Source: an uncultured delta proteobacterium
GTDB taxonomy: Bacteria; Myxococcota_A; Polyangia; Fen-1088
Reading direction: 5' to 3'
Length of the DNA: 64,000 nt
Assembly (NCBI GenBank): GCA_963755125.1
Contig: CAVWIP010000012.1
Coordinates: forward strand, 160,001 to 224,000
The notes under the pieces: generated by a model
What the model saw: the letters and a program-made list of their open reading frames with translations, nothing else
What the model was told of the DNA's origin: nothing
Database searches by the model: none
Made by a program: the position numbers and the translations under genes
Part shown: in pieces, positions 26,456 through 36,749 of the stretch
Numbering within the stretch: position 1 is the stretch's first letter
Layout: each line of letters begins with the position of its first letter

Positions 26456-28666
26456 CTATTCGCCCGAAGCACCGGCGGTGAAGTTGAACGGATACGACAC
26501 GATGACGATGCCGCCACCGAGCGGCTTGGGGAACTCCCAACGCCGGACTGCCTGCACCACGCAGTTCTCCACGCGGATGTTGCCCATGGTCGAACTCTGC
26601 AAGACCGAGGCGATGACGGTTCCCGTCGCGGCGATGGTGAACTGGACCGAGATACGGCCCGCGAGATCGGCCTTCTTCGTCAACTCGGTCTCGTAGCAGT
26701 ACTTCACCTCGTTGATGTGACGGCGGATGATCCGGCGGATGATCTCCTTGTCCAGCGACCCGCGCACGTTGGCCTGGCCCGGGATGACGTCCGGCGCACG
26801 AGCGCGGCGACCGCCCAGACCACCGGCGCCACGGCCGTAGCCGGAGCCGTTGCCGCCACCGCCGCCCTTGCCGATGGTGCCGAAGTTGCCGAGACCGATG
26901 GTGCCTTCGCCAGTACCGCCACCGCCCGTCCCGGTGCCGACCAGACCAAGACCGCCCACGCCGTAGGCTTCGCCAATCTGGTTGCCGATGAGGCCGCCCA
27001 GCACGTTCTCTGCATCGTTGCCGGCCGCCGTGTCGCGACCGAAGATGGAAGCCAGGTGCGAGCCCTCGGCCATCTTCAACACGCCGAGGATGCCGGCGTT
27101 CTTGGCCTGCTCTTCCGCAAGTTTCTTGGCCAGGTGCGGGTCAGGGTTGTCCTTGGGGCCCTTGAGCCCGTAGAGACCCTCCTTGTTCTTGGAGGTCTTC
27201 TTCCCCATCTTGCCTTCCTCACCTTTGTGCCGCTTGCCCTTGCCGCCCTGTTCGTCGGGTCCCTTCTTCTTGAGCCACTCAGGAATCTCTTCTTCCTTCT
27301 CCTCGGGGGGCTTGATGAGGAAGTTCACGAAGCGACTGTCCGCATTGAAGAGATCGAGAGAGAGCGACTTGGGATCGGGCGGGACAGAGAAGATCATCAG
27401 AAGGAACAGCAACAGACCGATGGCCGTTCCCACGGTGTAGGCTTGCTCGCTCCAGCGCCAGACCAGGAAGGGAACCGGGAAGGTGCGCGGCTTGGGCGTT
27501 GCGCTGACTAAGAAAGTGGTCTCGCCGCAGTCGATCTTGGCGCGGCCCCGGTCGCCGAGAGAGAAACTGGCTCCGCGCTGCTGCACGAACTGCGGCAACG
27601 GAACCACCTGGTTGTCCAGCAGAACCTCACCCGTCATGGACGGCGTGACGTTGACCAGGAAGTCAGCACCCGTGGTAGATACCAGGGAGAAAGACTGACC
27701 GCCAATGAAGTCGGGTCCCAGGGGCGCGTCCGCGTTCGCATCCCCGCCAACCACGAAGTTGGGGTTGGTCCGCCCCCTGCGTTTCAGGCCCATGTAGCAC
27801 AGCGCAATTCCCAAACCAATTCCCCCGAACACGACGAAGTCCATGGCCGGCGACTGGGCCTTCCACTGGAAGCTCTTTGACTCGCCGCCGTCAGCCACGA
27901 ACTTGTCGTACCGGCTCTTCTCCGCTCCAAGGTTCAAGATGGTGGCGAAGAACGCCACCAAGGCCACCACTATAAGAGCGCCACCCGCGAGCAGCATCGA
28001 CTTCGACTGCCCCTCTGTGCTCCGCCCCGTGGGGTCTGACAGATGGCGCGTCTGGATCACGACGCCGCGGTACAGGGCCTGGACCTCGATGGCGTGGCTG
28101 CCATCGTGGACTTCCACCTCCGCCCCGGCGTGGCTGGCGAAGCCGCCCATACCAGGCGCCGCCGGTGCGTATGCCTGCGGAGCCGCCATGGCCTGGGGCG
28201 CCGCCACGGGCTGGGGTGCAGGCGCTCCGTAGCCGACAAGCGTCGGGGCCGGGGCTTGGGGCCGAACCGGGGCTGAATACTGCGCGGGTGCGACTGGGGC
28301 GGGAGCTACCGGGGCAACTGGCATGACCGGACCGGGAGTAGGCGCTTCTGCATCGGCCGCCGCGAAGGTGATGGCCACGCGAACGTCGCCGAACTGGACC
28401 TGGTCCCCGCTCTTGAGGCTAGCTTTGGCGACGCGCTCGCCGTTGACCAATGTGCCCCGGGTCGAACCCAAATCGATGAGTTGAACCTCGTTCGGCCCGT
28501 TCACTTCAAGCACGGCGTGCATGCGCGACACGGACTCGTCGTCAAGGCGCAGATGCGAGGAAGCCAGCTTGCCGATCTTGATGACGGGCTCCGTCAACAC
28601 CTCTTCTCGTACGACCTGATCCCCCCTGAAGATCTGGAACTTGACGGGGACTACGACATTGGCCAT
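26456..28666 (-). CDS. gltG: GltG/PglI-like protein: FHA domain, TM segments, Gly-rich linker, TonB_C-like domain
   Basis: FHA motifs IGK, VSRMHA, DLGSTRGTLVNG; C-terminal GSLDKEIIRRIIRRHINEVKYCYE...WEFPKPLGGGIVIVSYPF. Confidence 0.88.
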   Translation of the reverse strand: MANVVVPVKFQIFRGDQVVREEVLTEPVIKIGKLASSHLRLDDESVSRMHAVLEVNGPNEVQLIDLGSTRGTLVNGERVAKASLKSGDQVQFGDVRVAITFAAADAEAPTPGPVMPVAPVAPAPVAPAQYSAPVRPQAPAPTLVGYGAPAPQPVAAPQAMAAPQAYAPAAPGMGGFASHAGAEVEVHDGSHAIEVQALYRGVVIQTRHLSDPTGRSTEGQSKSMLLAGGALIVVALVAFFATILNLGAEKSRYDKFVADGGESKSFQWKAQSPAMDFVVFGGIGLGIALCYMGLKRRGRTNPNFVVGGDANADAPLGPDFIGGQSFSLVSTTGADFLVNVTPSMTGEVLLDNQVVPLPQFVQQRGASFSLGDRGRAKIDCGETTFLVSATPKPRTFPVPFLVWRWSEQAYTVGTAIGLLLFLLMIFSVPPDPKSLSLDLFNADSRFVNFLIKPPEEKEEEIPEWLKKKGPDEQGGKGKRHKGEEGKMGKKTSKNKEGLYGLKGPKDNPDPHLAKKLAEEQAKNAGILGVLKMAEGSHLASIFGRDTAAGNDAENVLGGLIGNQIGEAYGVGGLGLVGTGTGGGGTGEGTIGLGNFGTIGKGGGGGNGSGYGRGAGGLGGRRARAPDVIPGQANVRGSLDKEIIRRIIRRHINEVKYCYETELTKKADLAGRISVQFTIAATGTVIASVLQSSTMGNIRVENCVVQAVRRWEFPKPLGGGIVIVSYPFNFTAGASGE

Positions 28667-28758
28667 TTGGGTCTCCTCCGGTTACGGCAGGCGGGGGCCA
28701 GCGGCGGCCACGCCTATGCTCTCGACCCTTGCCCTCTGGGTCTTGCGACCCCGAGCGG

Positions 28759-29007
28759 CTAGATGTCTTCGAGCGACTTGAGCATTTCGGGAATGAAGTC
28801 TTTGCGGATTTCGATAAGGCTGGAGTGTTTGGCTTTGTTGATGGCGTTCACCAATTCGCCATCAGGCCGCTGCAGGTCGCCCTCGACGTTGTCGTCTTCG
28901 AAATCGTAGACGGTCTTGGACTTGAACTGCTCGGCCCCACCTTCTTGAGCCAGAACCGTACCCAGTCCCCCGACGGTGAGAACCGCAATCATTGCCATGA
29001 GTCGCAT
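28759..29007 (-). CDS. gltF: GltF/CglF-like small exported gliding protein
   Basis: Signal peptide plus KTVYDFEDDNVEGDLQRPDGE...SLIEIRKDFIPEMLKS; lies between gltE and gltG. Confidence 0.85.
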   Translation of the reverse strand: MRLMAMIAVLTVGGLGTVLAQEGGAEQFKSKTVYDFEDDNVEGDLQRPDGELVNAINKAKHSSLIEIRKDFIPEMLKSLEDI

Positions 29008-29130
29008 CGGTTCATTTCCTTCCTTCGGCTGCGCTGGGAGACAAGCACGGAAAGCTCGCCTCCTACTGACAACCAAGATCGAATTTGGTTCCCACAATTA
29101 TGGATCGGATTCGATCGACGAAGCTCCGCG

Positions 29131-31020
29131 TCACTCCCAGTTCTTCTTCTCAGGTTTCTTCGGCGCCGCTTTCTTCGCGTCATCCGGCTTGTCGCCGGGA
29201 TTAGCTGGGGCGGCCTCGGGCGCCGCTCCAGCGGGCGGGGGTTCGACCGAAGATCCGGGAACTGGGGCCTGGCTCTCGGCGCCCTTGTCATCGGCACCCT
29301 TGCTCTCGGTGCCCTTGTCGTCGGCCTTGCCACCGCCGGTGACCTTCTTCGTCTTCTCCTCTTCCTTTTTCGTCTTTTCCTCCGCGGCCTTCGTCTTGTC
29401 CTCCTCCTCCTTCTTCTTCATCTCCTCCTGCTGGCGCTTCTCCTCGGCCTCCATCTTCTTCATCTCTTCTTCCATCTTCTTCTGCTGCGCCTCTGCCTTG
29501 CGCTGCATCTCCTCAGCCTCTTTCATCATCTTGGCCGCTTCCTCCAGTGCCACGAAAACCTCATCGATGTCCTTGATGCGCTTCTCGGCGTCCTTGCGTG
29601 CCTTGGGCGAGGGAGACCGCGTCAGGAAATCCCGATAGTATGCTTGGGCCTTTTGCAGCATGGGCTTGTCGCTGCCGCCCTTGTACTCTTGGTACAGCAG
29701 GCCGAGGTTGAAATAGGCATCCGGGCGCTGTGGGTCGAGATTCCGGGCCTCGTTGTACTTCTGTTCTGCCTCGTCGAACTTCTTGTTGCCGCGCAAGGCG
29801 ACCCCCAGCCCAATGATCGCCTCGTAGTTGCGCGGCTTGGCCTTGAGCACAGCTCTCAAGTTCTCTTCCGCGATGTCGTAGTTGCGAAATTTCAGTGAAA
29901 CCGCGGCCAGATTGAGCCGGGCCTCGAACAGCCCGGGATCATTTTCTACCGCGGCGGTGAAGTTCTTGATCGCGTCCGTGTAGTTCTTCTTGGCCAGGTA
30001 GATCATGCCCATCGTGTTGTAGACCACGGCCACGGCCTTCTTCATCTCGACCGTGTAGCCCGTTCCCTCCACGGGAGTCTCCTGGGCCGTCTTCTCCCCC
30101 TCCTTTTCCTTGGCCTCTTCTTTCTTGCCCTTGCCTTTCTTGGCCTTCTTGTTCGCATCGTCGGAAACCGCCCCCTCTTCCTCGAACTTTCCCGTGGCGA
30201 TTTCCTCTGCCCGCTTGATCGCCTGGGCACCCACCAGTTTGGCTGCCTCGGGCAGATCCAAATCGTAGTAAATAAAGCAAAGGCCTGCGTAGGCCTGCAG
30301 GCTGTTCCCGTCAAGTGCGAGCACGCGTCGCAGTTCCTTCACAGCGCCGTCGTTGAGCGCCTTCTTGTCGGTGCCGGTCGCGAGACGGGCACGTTCACGG
30401 TAAATCTGGGCCATGTTGATGCGGGCGGCGATGGACCCGATCAAGGGATCAGCCTGAATCGAGCGCTTGAAGAGCGACTCCGCGTCGGCCTTGTTCCCGC
30501 CCTGCCAGGCCACGTAGCCCAAATTCGCCAAGGCAGGAGCAAAGGGCTTGGCTCCGCCAGCCAGCTTCTCCCAGATGCGGACGGCCTCGTCCTTCTTGCC
30601 ACACTCAAGATCCACCGCAGCTTCGTTGCTGCGCGCCTCGAGAAGCACGGGCACCCGGTCTGCGATCTTCCTGAAACCCGAAGCTACCGACGAACATTCC
30701 GGGCCGGGAACGGATCCCGCCTTCTTGGCTTTCATGTATTCAGCGACAGCCTTGTCGTAGGCAGCTCTGTCGTCCTCGCTGATCTGGCGCTCTGTCGGTT
30801 TCCGGGTAATGAGGGGAACCTCCCCGGGACTGGCGGCGGCCGGCGCTGCAGCAGGGGTCGGCTTCTTGCCGGGCGTCCACTCCTCCTCGTCGGGCAGTGC
30901 GCCGGTTTCTGGACTCTTGGGCTTACCGGCTGTCGCGCAGCCAATGGACAGGGCAAGCAAGGCTCCGACCCCGACCAGGGTCCAAGACGAGCACACTCCG
31001 AGACTTCGATGCGTCATCAT
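29131..31020 (-). CDS. gltE: GltE/AglT-like TPR lipoprotein with coiled-coil and low-complexity tail
   Basis: LSIGC lipobox, TPR repeats, E/K-rich coil; order gltD-gltE-gltF-gltG. Confidence 0.8.
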   Translation of the reverse strand: MMTHRSLGVCSSWTLVGVGALLALSIGCATAGKPKSPETGALPDEEEWTPGKKPTPAAAPAAASPGEVPLITRKPTERQISEDDRAAYDKAVAEYMKAKKAGSVPGPECSSVASGFRKIADRVPVLLEARSNEAAVDLECGKKDEAVRIWEKLAGGAKPFAPALANLGYVAWQGGNKADAESLFKRSIQADPLIGSIAARINMAQIYRERARLATGTDKKALNDGAVKELRRVLALDGNSLQAYAGLCFIYYDLDLPEAAKLVGAQAIKRAEEIATGKFEEEGAVSDDANKKAKKGKGKKEEAKEKEGEKTAQETPVEGTGYTVEMKKAVAVVYNTMGMIYLAKKNYTDAIKNFTAAVENDPGLFEARLNLAAVSLKFRNYDIAEENLRAVLKAKPRNYEAIIGLGVALRGNKKFDEAEQKYNEARNLDPQRPDAYFNLGLLYQEYKGGSDKPMLQKAQAYYRDFLTRSPSPKARKDAEKRIKDIDEVFVALEEAAKMMKEAEEMQRKAEAQQKKMEEEMKKMEAEEKRQQEEMKKKEEEDKTKAAEEKTKKEEEKTKKVTGGGKADDKGTESKGADDKGAESQAPVPGSSVEPPPAGAAPEAAPANPGDKPDDAKKAAPKKPEKKNWE

Positions 31021-31029
31021 CGCTGGCTC

Positions 31030-34000
31030 CTACTCCTTGGAAGTGACCTGGAGATCGTCGGGCAGTTCCGCGACGACACCGCCGGGCGTAATGGGTGTCG
31101 AGACGTAACCGGGCTCCGGCTTCATCTCGGCCGAGAGGGGGTACTCGGCGGGCTTCATCTGGTTGAGCTCCACCTCGCACATGCTCGACCATTCATTGTA
31201 CCAGGACTCCTTGGTGGCGGCCTTGAGGCACAGATCGTAGCCAACCACGGCCTTCGATTCGATGGGCTCAGCCTTGTCGACGAGAGCGTCGCAGAAGATC
31301 TCGCGGGGCCGGTTGCCCCACTCGTCCTGCTCCTTGAGATCCTTGGGGATATCCGCCGTGTAGAGCTGGTTGACGAAATCCGCGTAGACCTGCCCGATGC
31401 GCGCCGAGGCCGCGATCGTCCAGTGCGCCACGTGGTAGTCGAGCACGAAGTCATACAGGCCCTTCTTGTCCGCGCTGGGGCCCGTCAATTTCTCGGCCAG
31501 GGCCGTCTTCTCGGTCATGTACGCAAGGAACTTCTTGCTCGACTCCTCGTACTTCTTCTTCTTGGCCGCCGCGACCTTCGGCTTGTCCCACTGGGTGGGC
31601 TGCTGGAAGTCCAGGCCCGACGGGAACTTCACCCGCAGGAACTTCTCGTAGAGCTCTTCAGCCTGGTAGAAGGCCGCGCCGGCCACGGCGAAGCGGGCAA
31701 TCGCCTCCCGCGCTGTCCGCTCACCCGCACTGGCGCCGGGAATCTTCTTCGCCGCCTCGCCGTGATTCCACAGCTTGAGGACATCTTTGAAGTGCTCCAG
31801 GCCATCCTTGGCGTATTTGGAGCTGCGCTCGAAGACGGTGATCTTCGAGCTGGTGGGCGGACCGCACTGGGTGCGCAGCTTCTCCTTCAGCTTCTTCTTC
31901 TTGTCTTTGATCTTGGAATTGATCTCGGCAAAGACCTTCTGCCGGCCGGTGGCGCTCACGCGCTCGACCTTGATGCAGGCGCCGTTGACGCCTTCCTGCG
32001 GACAGGAACGCTTCCATGCGATCTCGCCCAACTTGAAGTGGGCGAGAATCTGCTTGTCCACGCCACCCTTGGCGCCCCATTTCTTCAGGTACTCAGTCAG
32101 GTGCTTGACCAGATCGTCGGTCTTGCTTTGCTTTTCGTACACCTCGCTCATCTGGAACACGACGTTGGCCGCATCCTGTGAATCGCGCGTCCCGTAGTAC
32201 TTGACGAAGGCGTTCATGTCGTCGACTGCCTTCTCGAACTCGCCCAGCCCGATGCGGAAGGTATAGGCATTACCCAGAGCGGTCCGCGACTGCTTCTCGC
32301 CCGAGAACTTGGTGGCGAACTCCTCGTAGCGCCGGGCTGCCTCGCTGTAGTAGGCGAGCTGGTGATAGCCGCTGGCAATTTGGAAGAGAGCCCGCTGCGC
32401 CAAGGGATCCTTCGGGTGCTTTTCGATCAGCTCCTGGCGCGCCCTGATGGCCTGGCCGACCAGACGCGCGTTCTGGAAACAAAGGCCAGCATTGTAGAGA
32501 CGCTCGGCGTGCTTGGGGTGGTCGGGAATGGTTTCCGCGGCGGCCACGTACGAGATGCCACACTCCTTGTAATTCTTCTCCTTCTCGTATTGCTTGGCTT
32601 CCACCACCAGGCTGTCGGTCTTGAGACCAATCATCTGCTTCTTGAATTCCTGGTCCTTCATGAGGACGGCATTGCCCAGGAACTTCTCAACCGTGGCGAG
32701 CAGCTCCTTGTACTTGCCCATGATGTTGAGACAGTCGAGCAGCAAGTTGGCCGAGTAGATCGCCAACTCGTCGGTCACGTGCTTGTCGACGATGTCCCTG
32801 AACAGACCCACCGCATCTTCAAAGTGATTGTAGTCGTAGTAGATTCTCGCTTTTCGGTACTTGATCTTCACCAACTCCGGCGCGTCGGGCACGTACTTGA
32901 TGTAGGTGTCGAAGGCCGCGATCATCTTCTGCTGTCCGGCCGGGATCGGGCGCGGCTTCATGTCCTTGTGCTCTTTCTCGGGCATCGCCCCTTCGTCGTT
33001 GATGTTGAGCGCGTTCTTCCAACCCAGCACCGCTGCATAGGCCGCCTCTTTCACGTACTTTCCCTTGGGGTCCAACTGGACCACCTTGGTATAGGTTTCG
33101 GCGGCCTCGGCCCACTGCTCGGTCACCCACAGAATTTCGCCGAAGAAGAAGGTCATCTCGGGGGTGTCCTTCTCATTGTTGAAGTGATCCAGGTACTCCT
33201 TGTAGATGAGGCGGGTGAGCTGATAGGTGTCGGCGTTCTTGGTCCGTTGCGCTTCCTTGTGCCAGATGAGGGCGAGTTCCTTGGTGGTGTCGTGATAGTT
33301 GTTCTTGCACTCGGTCATCACGTCCTTCTTCACACCCTCCACTTTCGCCATGTGCTCGTAGATCGTGCCGAGGCGCTTGACCTCCTGCACCTGATCCCGC
33401 TTGCTGCCCGAGGACAGGGTGTTACGCAGGATCTTGTATTGCCACTCACACAGGCGCGGTGACTTCTCGTTGAGCGAGATGATCTTGCGGTAAACCTTCG
33501 ATGAGTCGGCGAACATGCCTTGTTCCCAGTACAGCTCGGCCAGTGCCTCCAACATCTTGGGGGCATAGTCTCCACCCATGCGCTGGAAGAACTCCCAGGC
33601 CTTTTCCGGGGACGCTCCCGGGGTTCGCGCGTAGGCCTTGACCAGATCCTTCTTGGCCTCTTTCTCCAAGGGACCGCTTTGGCTCTTGGGGATCTTGCCC
33701 GCCTGACAAAGCTCGATCACGTTGACGAAGATGCCCAGCGCCGACTTGAAGTTGCCCAGGTTGATCTGCGCCCAGCCCTTCTTGTACACGGCGAATCCGT
33801 AGACCGACGACTTGGGGAACTGCTCCACCTTCTCGTAGAACTTGAGCGCGTTCTCCATCTCGCCCTTGCCAAAGAAGTATTCGGCAAAGGACAGGTAAGC
33901 GTTGGGGACGTACTTCGACTGTGGGTAGTCCTTGATGAGGCGGTGGAAGAACTCCCGGGCCTTGTCGTCCTTCTTGATCATCTGCAACAGATAGGCGAGG

Positions 34001-34566
34001 CGGAACAACACCTCGTCCATGCGCTCGTACTTCGGGTGCTTGGACGCCTCCACGTAGTCCTTGACCGCCTCGTTGGCCCACTTCTCGGCCGCCTTCTCGT
34101 TGTCCTGCTGGTCCTTCTTCAGCTTCGCGGCGAGAGAAGTGTTCTTCTTCTGCTCGGCTTGGAAGATCTTCTCGTCGAAGCTGCGTGCCTGCAAGCTGTT
34201 GAAGCGCTGCTTTTCGGCATAGAGCTCGCCCAGCCGGAAATAGAAGTCGGCCTTCTGCGGGTCGTCGTTGGGCGTAATCTTGATGAGTCGGTTGAGCTGG
34301 GAGATCTGCTTGTCGGTGATCTGTTGAATCTTCGCCTGCTGCTGACCGACGAACTGTTCCACCGTCAGAACCGGCCCGGTCTGTTTCTGCTCCTTGGGCG
34401 GCTCCTTTGGTTTCGTCAGCTCGGTCTGGGCCGCGCCCTGGACCTCCAGTTCCTTCTTCTTGTACTTCGCGTCAGCGAAAGCCGTCCCCAAGCCTGCCAC
34501 CATGCTGACGAGGACGATGCCGAGCGAGGCACCGCGTATGGAACGTCGTTGATCCTTCATGTTCAT
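31030..34566 (-). CDS. gltD: GltD/AgmU-like exported TPR protein
   Basis: Signal peptide, 1178 aa, TPR clusters (FRLGELYAEK, YKKGWAQINLG), C-terminal WYNEWS...P.EYP. Confidence 0.85.
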   Translation of the reverse strand: MNMKDQRRSIRGASLGIVLVSMVAGLGTAFADAKYKKKELEVQGAAQTELTKPKEPPKEQKQTGPVLTVEQFVGQQQAKIQQITDKQISQLNRLIKITPNDDPQKADFYFRLGELYAEKQRFNSLQARSFDEKIFQAEQKKNTSLAAKLKKDQQDNEKAAEKWANEAVKDYVEASKHPKYERMDEVLFRLAYLLQMIKKDDKAREFFHRLIKDYPQSKYVPNAYLSFAEYFFGKGEMENALKFYEKVEQFPKSSVYGFAVYKKGWAQINLGNFKSALGIFVNVIELCQAGKIPKSQSGPLEKEAKKDLVKAYARTPGASPEKAWEFFQRMGGDYAPKMLEALAELYWEQGMFADSSKVYRKIISLNEKSPRLCEWQYKILRNTLSSGSKRDQVQEVKRLGTIYEHMAKVEGVKKDVMTECKNNYHDTTKELALIWHKEAQRTKNADTYQLTRLIYKEYLDHFNNEKDTPEMTFFFGEILWVTEQWAEAAETYTKVVQLDPKGKYVKEAAYAAVLGWKNALNINDEGAMPEKEHKDMKPRPIPAGQQKMIAAFDTYIKYVPDAPELVKIKYRKARIYYDYNHFEDAVGLFRDIVDKHVTDELAIYSANLLLDCLNIMGKYKELLATVEKFLGNAVLMKDQEFKKQMIGLKTDSLVVEAKQYEKEKNYKECGISYVAAAETIPDHPKHAERLYNAGLCFQNARLVGQAIRARQELIEKHPKDPLAQRALFQIASGYHQLAYYSEAARRYEEFATKFSGEKQSRTALGNAYTFRIGLGEFEKAVDDMNAFVKYYGTRDSQDAANVVFQMSEVYEKQSKTDDLVKHLTEYLKKWGAKGGVDKQILAHFKLGEIAWKRSCPQEGVNGACIKVERVSATGRQKVFAEINSKIKDKKKKLKEKLRTQCGPPTSSKITVFERSSKYAKDGLEHFKDVLKLWNHGEAAKKIPGASAGERTAREAIARFAVAGAAFYQAEELYEKFLRVKFPSGLDFQQPTQWDKPKVAAAKKKKYEESSKKFLAYMTEKTALAEKLTGPSADKKGLYDFVLDYHVAHWTIAASARIGQVYADFVNQLYTADIPKDLKEQDEWGNRPREIFCDALVDKAEPIESKAVVGYDLCLKAATKESWYNEWSSMCEVELNQMKPAEYPLSAEMKPEPGYVSTPITPGGVVAELPDDLQVTSKE

Positions 34567-34594
34567 TTCCCTTGCTTAGCTGATCTGGGTCCGG

Positions 34595-36343
34595 TCAGGG
34601 CGTCTCGCCCGCCGGTGCCGATTCCGGCGCGGGCGCTTCGGCCGGCGTTTCGCCGCCTTCTGGCACAGGAGCCCCTTCTCCACCACTGGCCGGCGCCCCT
34701 TCGGGTCCCGCGCTTCCATGCACACACTTGTTCAGGAGCTTGTACCGGTAGTAGCCGAGTTCATCGCGCCAATACTCCCCCAGGAACGGCCAGAACTCGT
34801 GTTCGTCATCGATACGGACGTTGCTGATGTCCTTGGCGCGGCCGGCACCGCCAGTCATTGTCTCAGCCTTGACGTCCTCTTCCAACTGGCCCTTTTCACC
34901 CTGGAGAATCTCGTACTCGATCTTGATCACGCGGGTTATGAGCTGGCGAAACTCATTCACCAGGCGTTCGACGCGCTTGCGAGCGATTTCGCCGGTTTCA
35001 TTGACGGCCAAGGCGCGGGTCACGCCGATTTCGGAATAGATGGTCGTGGCCACCGCGGTGCTCTTCCACGCGGCATCGGCCTTCTCATGCTGAATCAGCT
35101 CGCGGTCGAGTTCTCGTATGGCGTCGAAGCGCCGGACCAGGCTGCGGTCAGACATGACCGCTCGCGCCGCCCGTTCAACCGCCGGAGGCAGTCCCGATCT
35201 GCCACTGCGAATCTTCACCGCCAGATCATAGAACTGATCGTTGGCGGTGTGGCTGGCCAGTGCCTGGGCCAGGCCTTCCGCCACCTGGGGCACCCAGTCG
35301 TTAAACTCCTGGATGGCACTGGCGGCCCGGTCGAAGAGGCAATTATAGAAATAGATGGTCGCCTTGACTGTCAAAGCCTCGGCCACTGACTCTGGCTTGA
35401 TGAAGTACTCGAAGAACGGGGCGCGCAGGGTGTGAATGTTGCCAAGTGCCTTTGAATACCCCTGTTGCTTGAGCATGAAGTTGGCCCACGATGCCTCGAA
35501 CAGACTGTTGGGCCAGTCATACGACTCGGGTGAAACCCGATCGAAGTACTTGGTCGCCATCTCGAACTGGCCGGTGGAATAGAAGACCCGAGCGAGGGAG
35601 AGATTGGCCAGATCCTGGAAGGGCTTGACCTTCGGATCCTGACTCTCCTCGGCAGCCCGCAGCACCGCTTTGAACGCGTCGACCGCCGGCTTCGCGGCAT
35701 ATTCACGCACGTGGGTCGCGCCTTCGAACAGCTTGGCCTGCGGGTAGAACGCACTCTTGGCCGGCACCAAGTTGAAAAGCGAAACGGCTTCCTGGAACTT
35801 GCCCTTATTGTAGTTGTACTTGCCCAATAGGAAGTACAGCTCGTCGCGCACCGCCTCGAGCTGCGGGGCTTCCAGTTCCTGTCGGTTGTACTTGCCGATC
35901 TTCTCCAGGACGGCGGCGGAATCCACCGGCTGATGGGTGAGCGAAGCCAGCCACTGCAGGGTTTCATTGTAGTGGGGATGGGCAGGACCCTTCTGCACAA
36001 CGCGATCGAAGTAACTCAACGCTGCCGAAAAGAACTTCAGCTTGAACAGCGTCTTGCCCATCATGAACTCGGCCCGCATTCTCGCGTCCACGCCCGCCTC
36101 GCCCTCGATGGCCTTGTTGAACTCAATGGAGGCCATGTAGTAGTCACCGCGCTGGTAGAACTTCTCAGCGCGCTCGAGCGCGGGCGACGGCTCACCCGCT
36201 GACTTGGGGTTCGATTGCGTATCGGCCGCGGGCGTGGCGGCGGCCGGCTTGTTCTTCTTCCGTCTTTGCGCCCAGGCATCGGACGTCACCGTCAGGGTGA
36301 GGGCGAGAAGCAGGAACAATGCACAACCCTTTTCACGGCTCAT
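34595..36343 (-). CDS. gltC: GltC-like exported TPR protein
   Basis: ATG 36343 after GAGG; signal peptide; SLFEASWANF, KALGNIHTLRAPFF and C-terminal EFWPFLGEYWRDELGYYRY. Confidence 0.82.
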   Translation of the reverse strand: MSREKGCALFLLLALTLTVTSDAWAQRRKKNKPAAATPAADTQSNPKSAGEPSPALERAEKFYQRGDYYMASIEFNKAIEGEAGVDARMRAEFMMGKTLFKLKFFSAALSYFDRVVQKGPAHPHYNETLQWLASLTHQPVDSAAVLEKIGKYNRQELEAPQLEAVRDELYFLLGKYNYNKGKFQEAVSLFNLVPAKSAFYPQAKLFEGATHVREYAAKPAVDAFKAVLRAAEESQDPKVKPFQDLANLSLARVFYSTGQFEMATKYFDRVSPESYDWPNSLFEASWANFMLKQQGYSKALGNIHTLRAPFFEYFIKPESVAEALTVKATIYFYNCLFDRAASAIQEFNDWVPQVAEGLAQALASHTANDQFYDLAVKIRSGRSGLPPAVERAARAVMSDRSLVRRFDAIRELDRELIQHEKADAAWKSTAVATTIYSEIGVTRALAVNETGEIARKRVERLVNEFRQLITRVIKIEYEILQGEKGQLEEDVKAETMTGGAGRAKDISNVRIDDEHEFWPFLGEYWRDELGYYRYKLLNKCVHGSAGPEGAPASGGEGAPVPEGGETPAEAPAPESAPAGETP

Positions 36344-36542
36344 GGATGGACCTCGCTCGGTGACGCCCACCTCGGAAGAATTCGGCGGGCAATTGGTGGA
36401 AGAACTGCTCAAATGTTTTGGTGTCGCCGACCCGGCCGCACGACCGTAAGCTAGTGTCTAGGTGTTTGCGGGGCTTCAACTCGAAAACCGTGGCGATCGT
36501 GTCGGAGACGCTACCGTCGGTGTCTGGCCTGGAAACCGCGCC

Positions 36543-36571
36543 ATCCTAGGCACGCGGATCTGAGGTGTCAA
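36543..36571 (-). promoter_or_regulatory. sigma70-type promoter for the glt operon
   Basis: TTGACA-N17-TAGGAT on the minus strand, ~200 nt upstream of gltC. Confidence 0.6.
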
Positions 36572-36653
36572 GCGAGAACATCCCACCCCGGACCGCGCTC
36601 AACTACGCGAATCTTCGGAACAATATGTCGCCCCGCGGGGCTGCGATTCCCTG

Positions 36654-36681
36654 TTGACAGGAGCCTTCGCGACGCTAAGAT
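36654..36681 (+). promoter_or_regulatory. sigma70-type promoter for the cglC-like gene (divergent)
   Basis: TTGACA-N16-TAAGAT. Confidence 0.55.
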
Positions 36682-36749
36682 GACCGACGATTGCTACCTC
36701 ACCGTGCTTGCCCTCGGCTTCGGCCGAACCGGACAGGAGGAGTCCTTCG

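Noticed and set aside
29270..29335. Short tandem duplication ADDKG.ES in the GltE tail
   Set aside because: Ordinary low-complexity disordered tail
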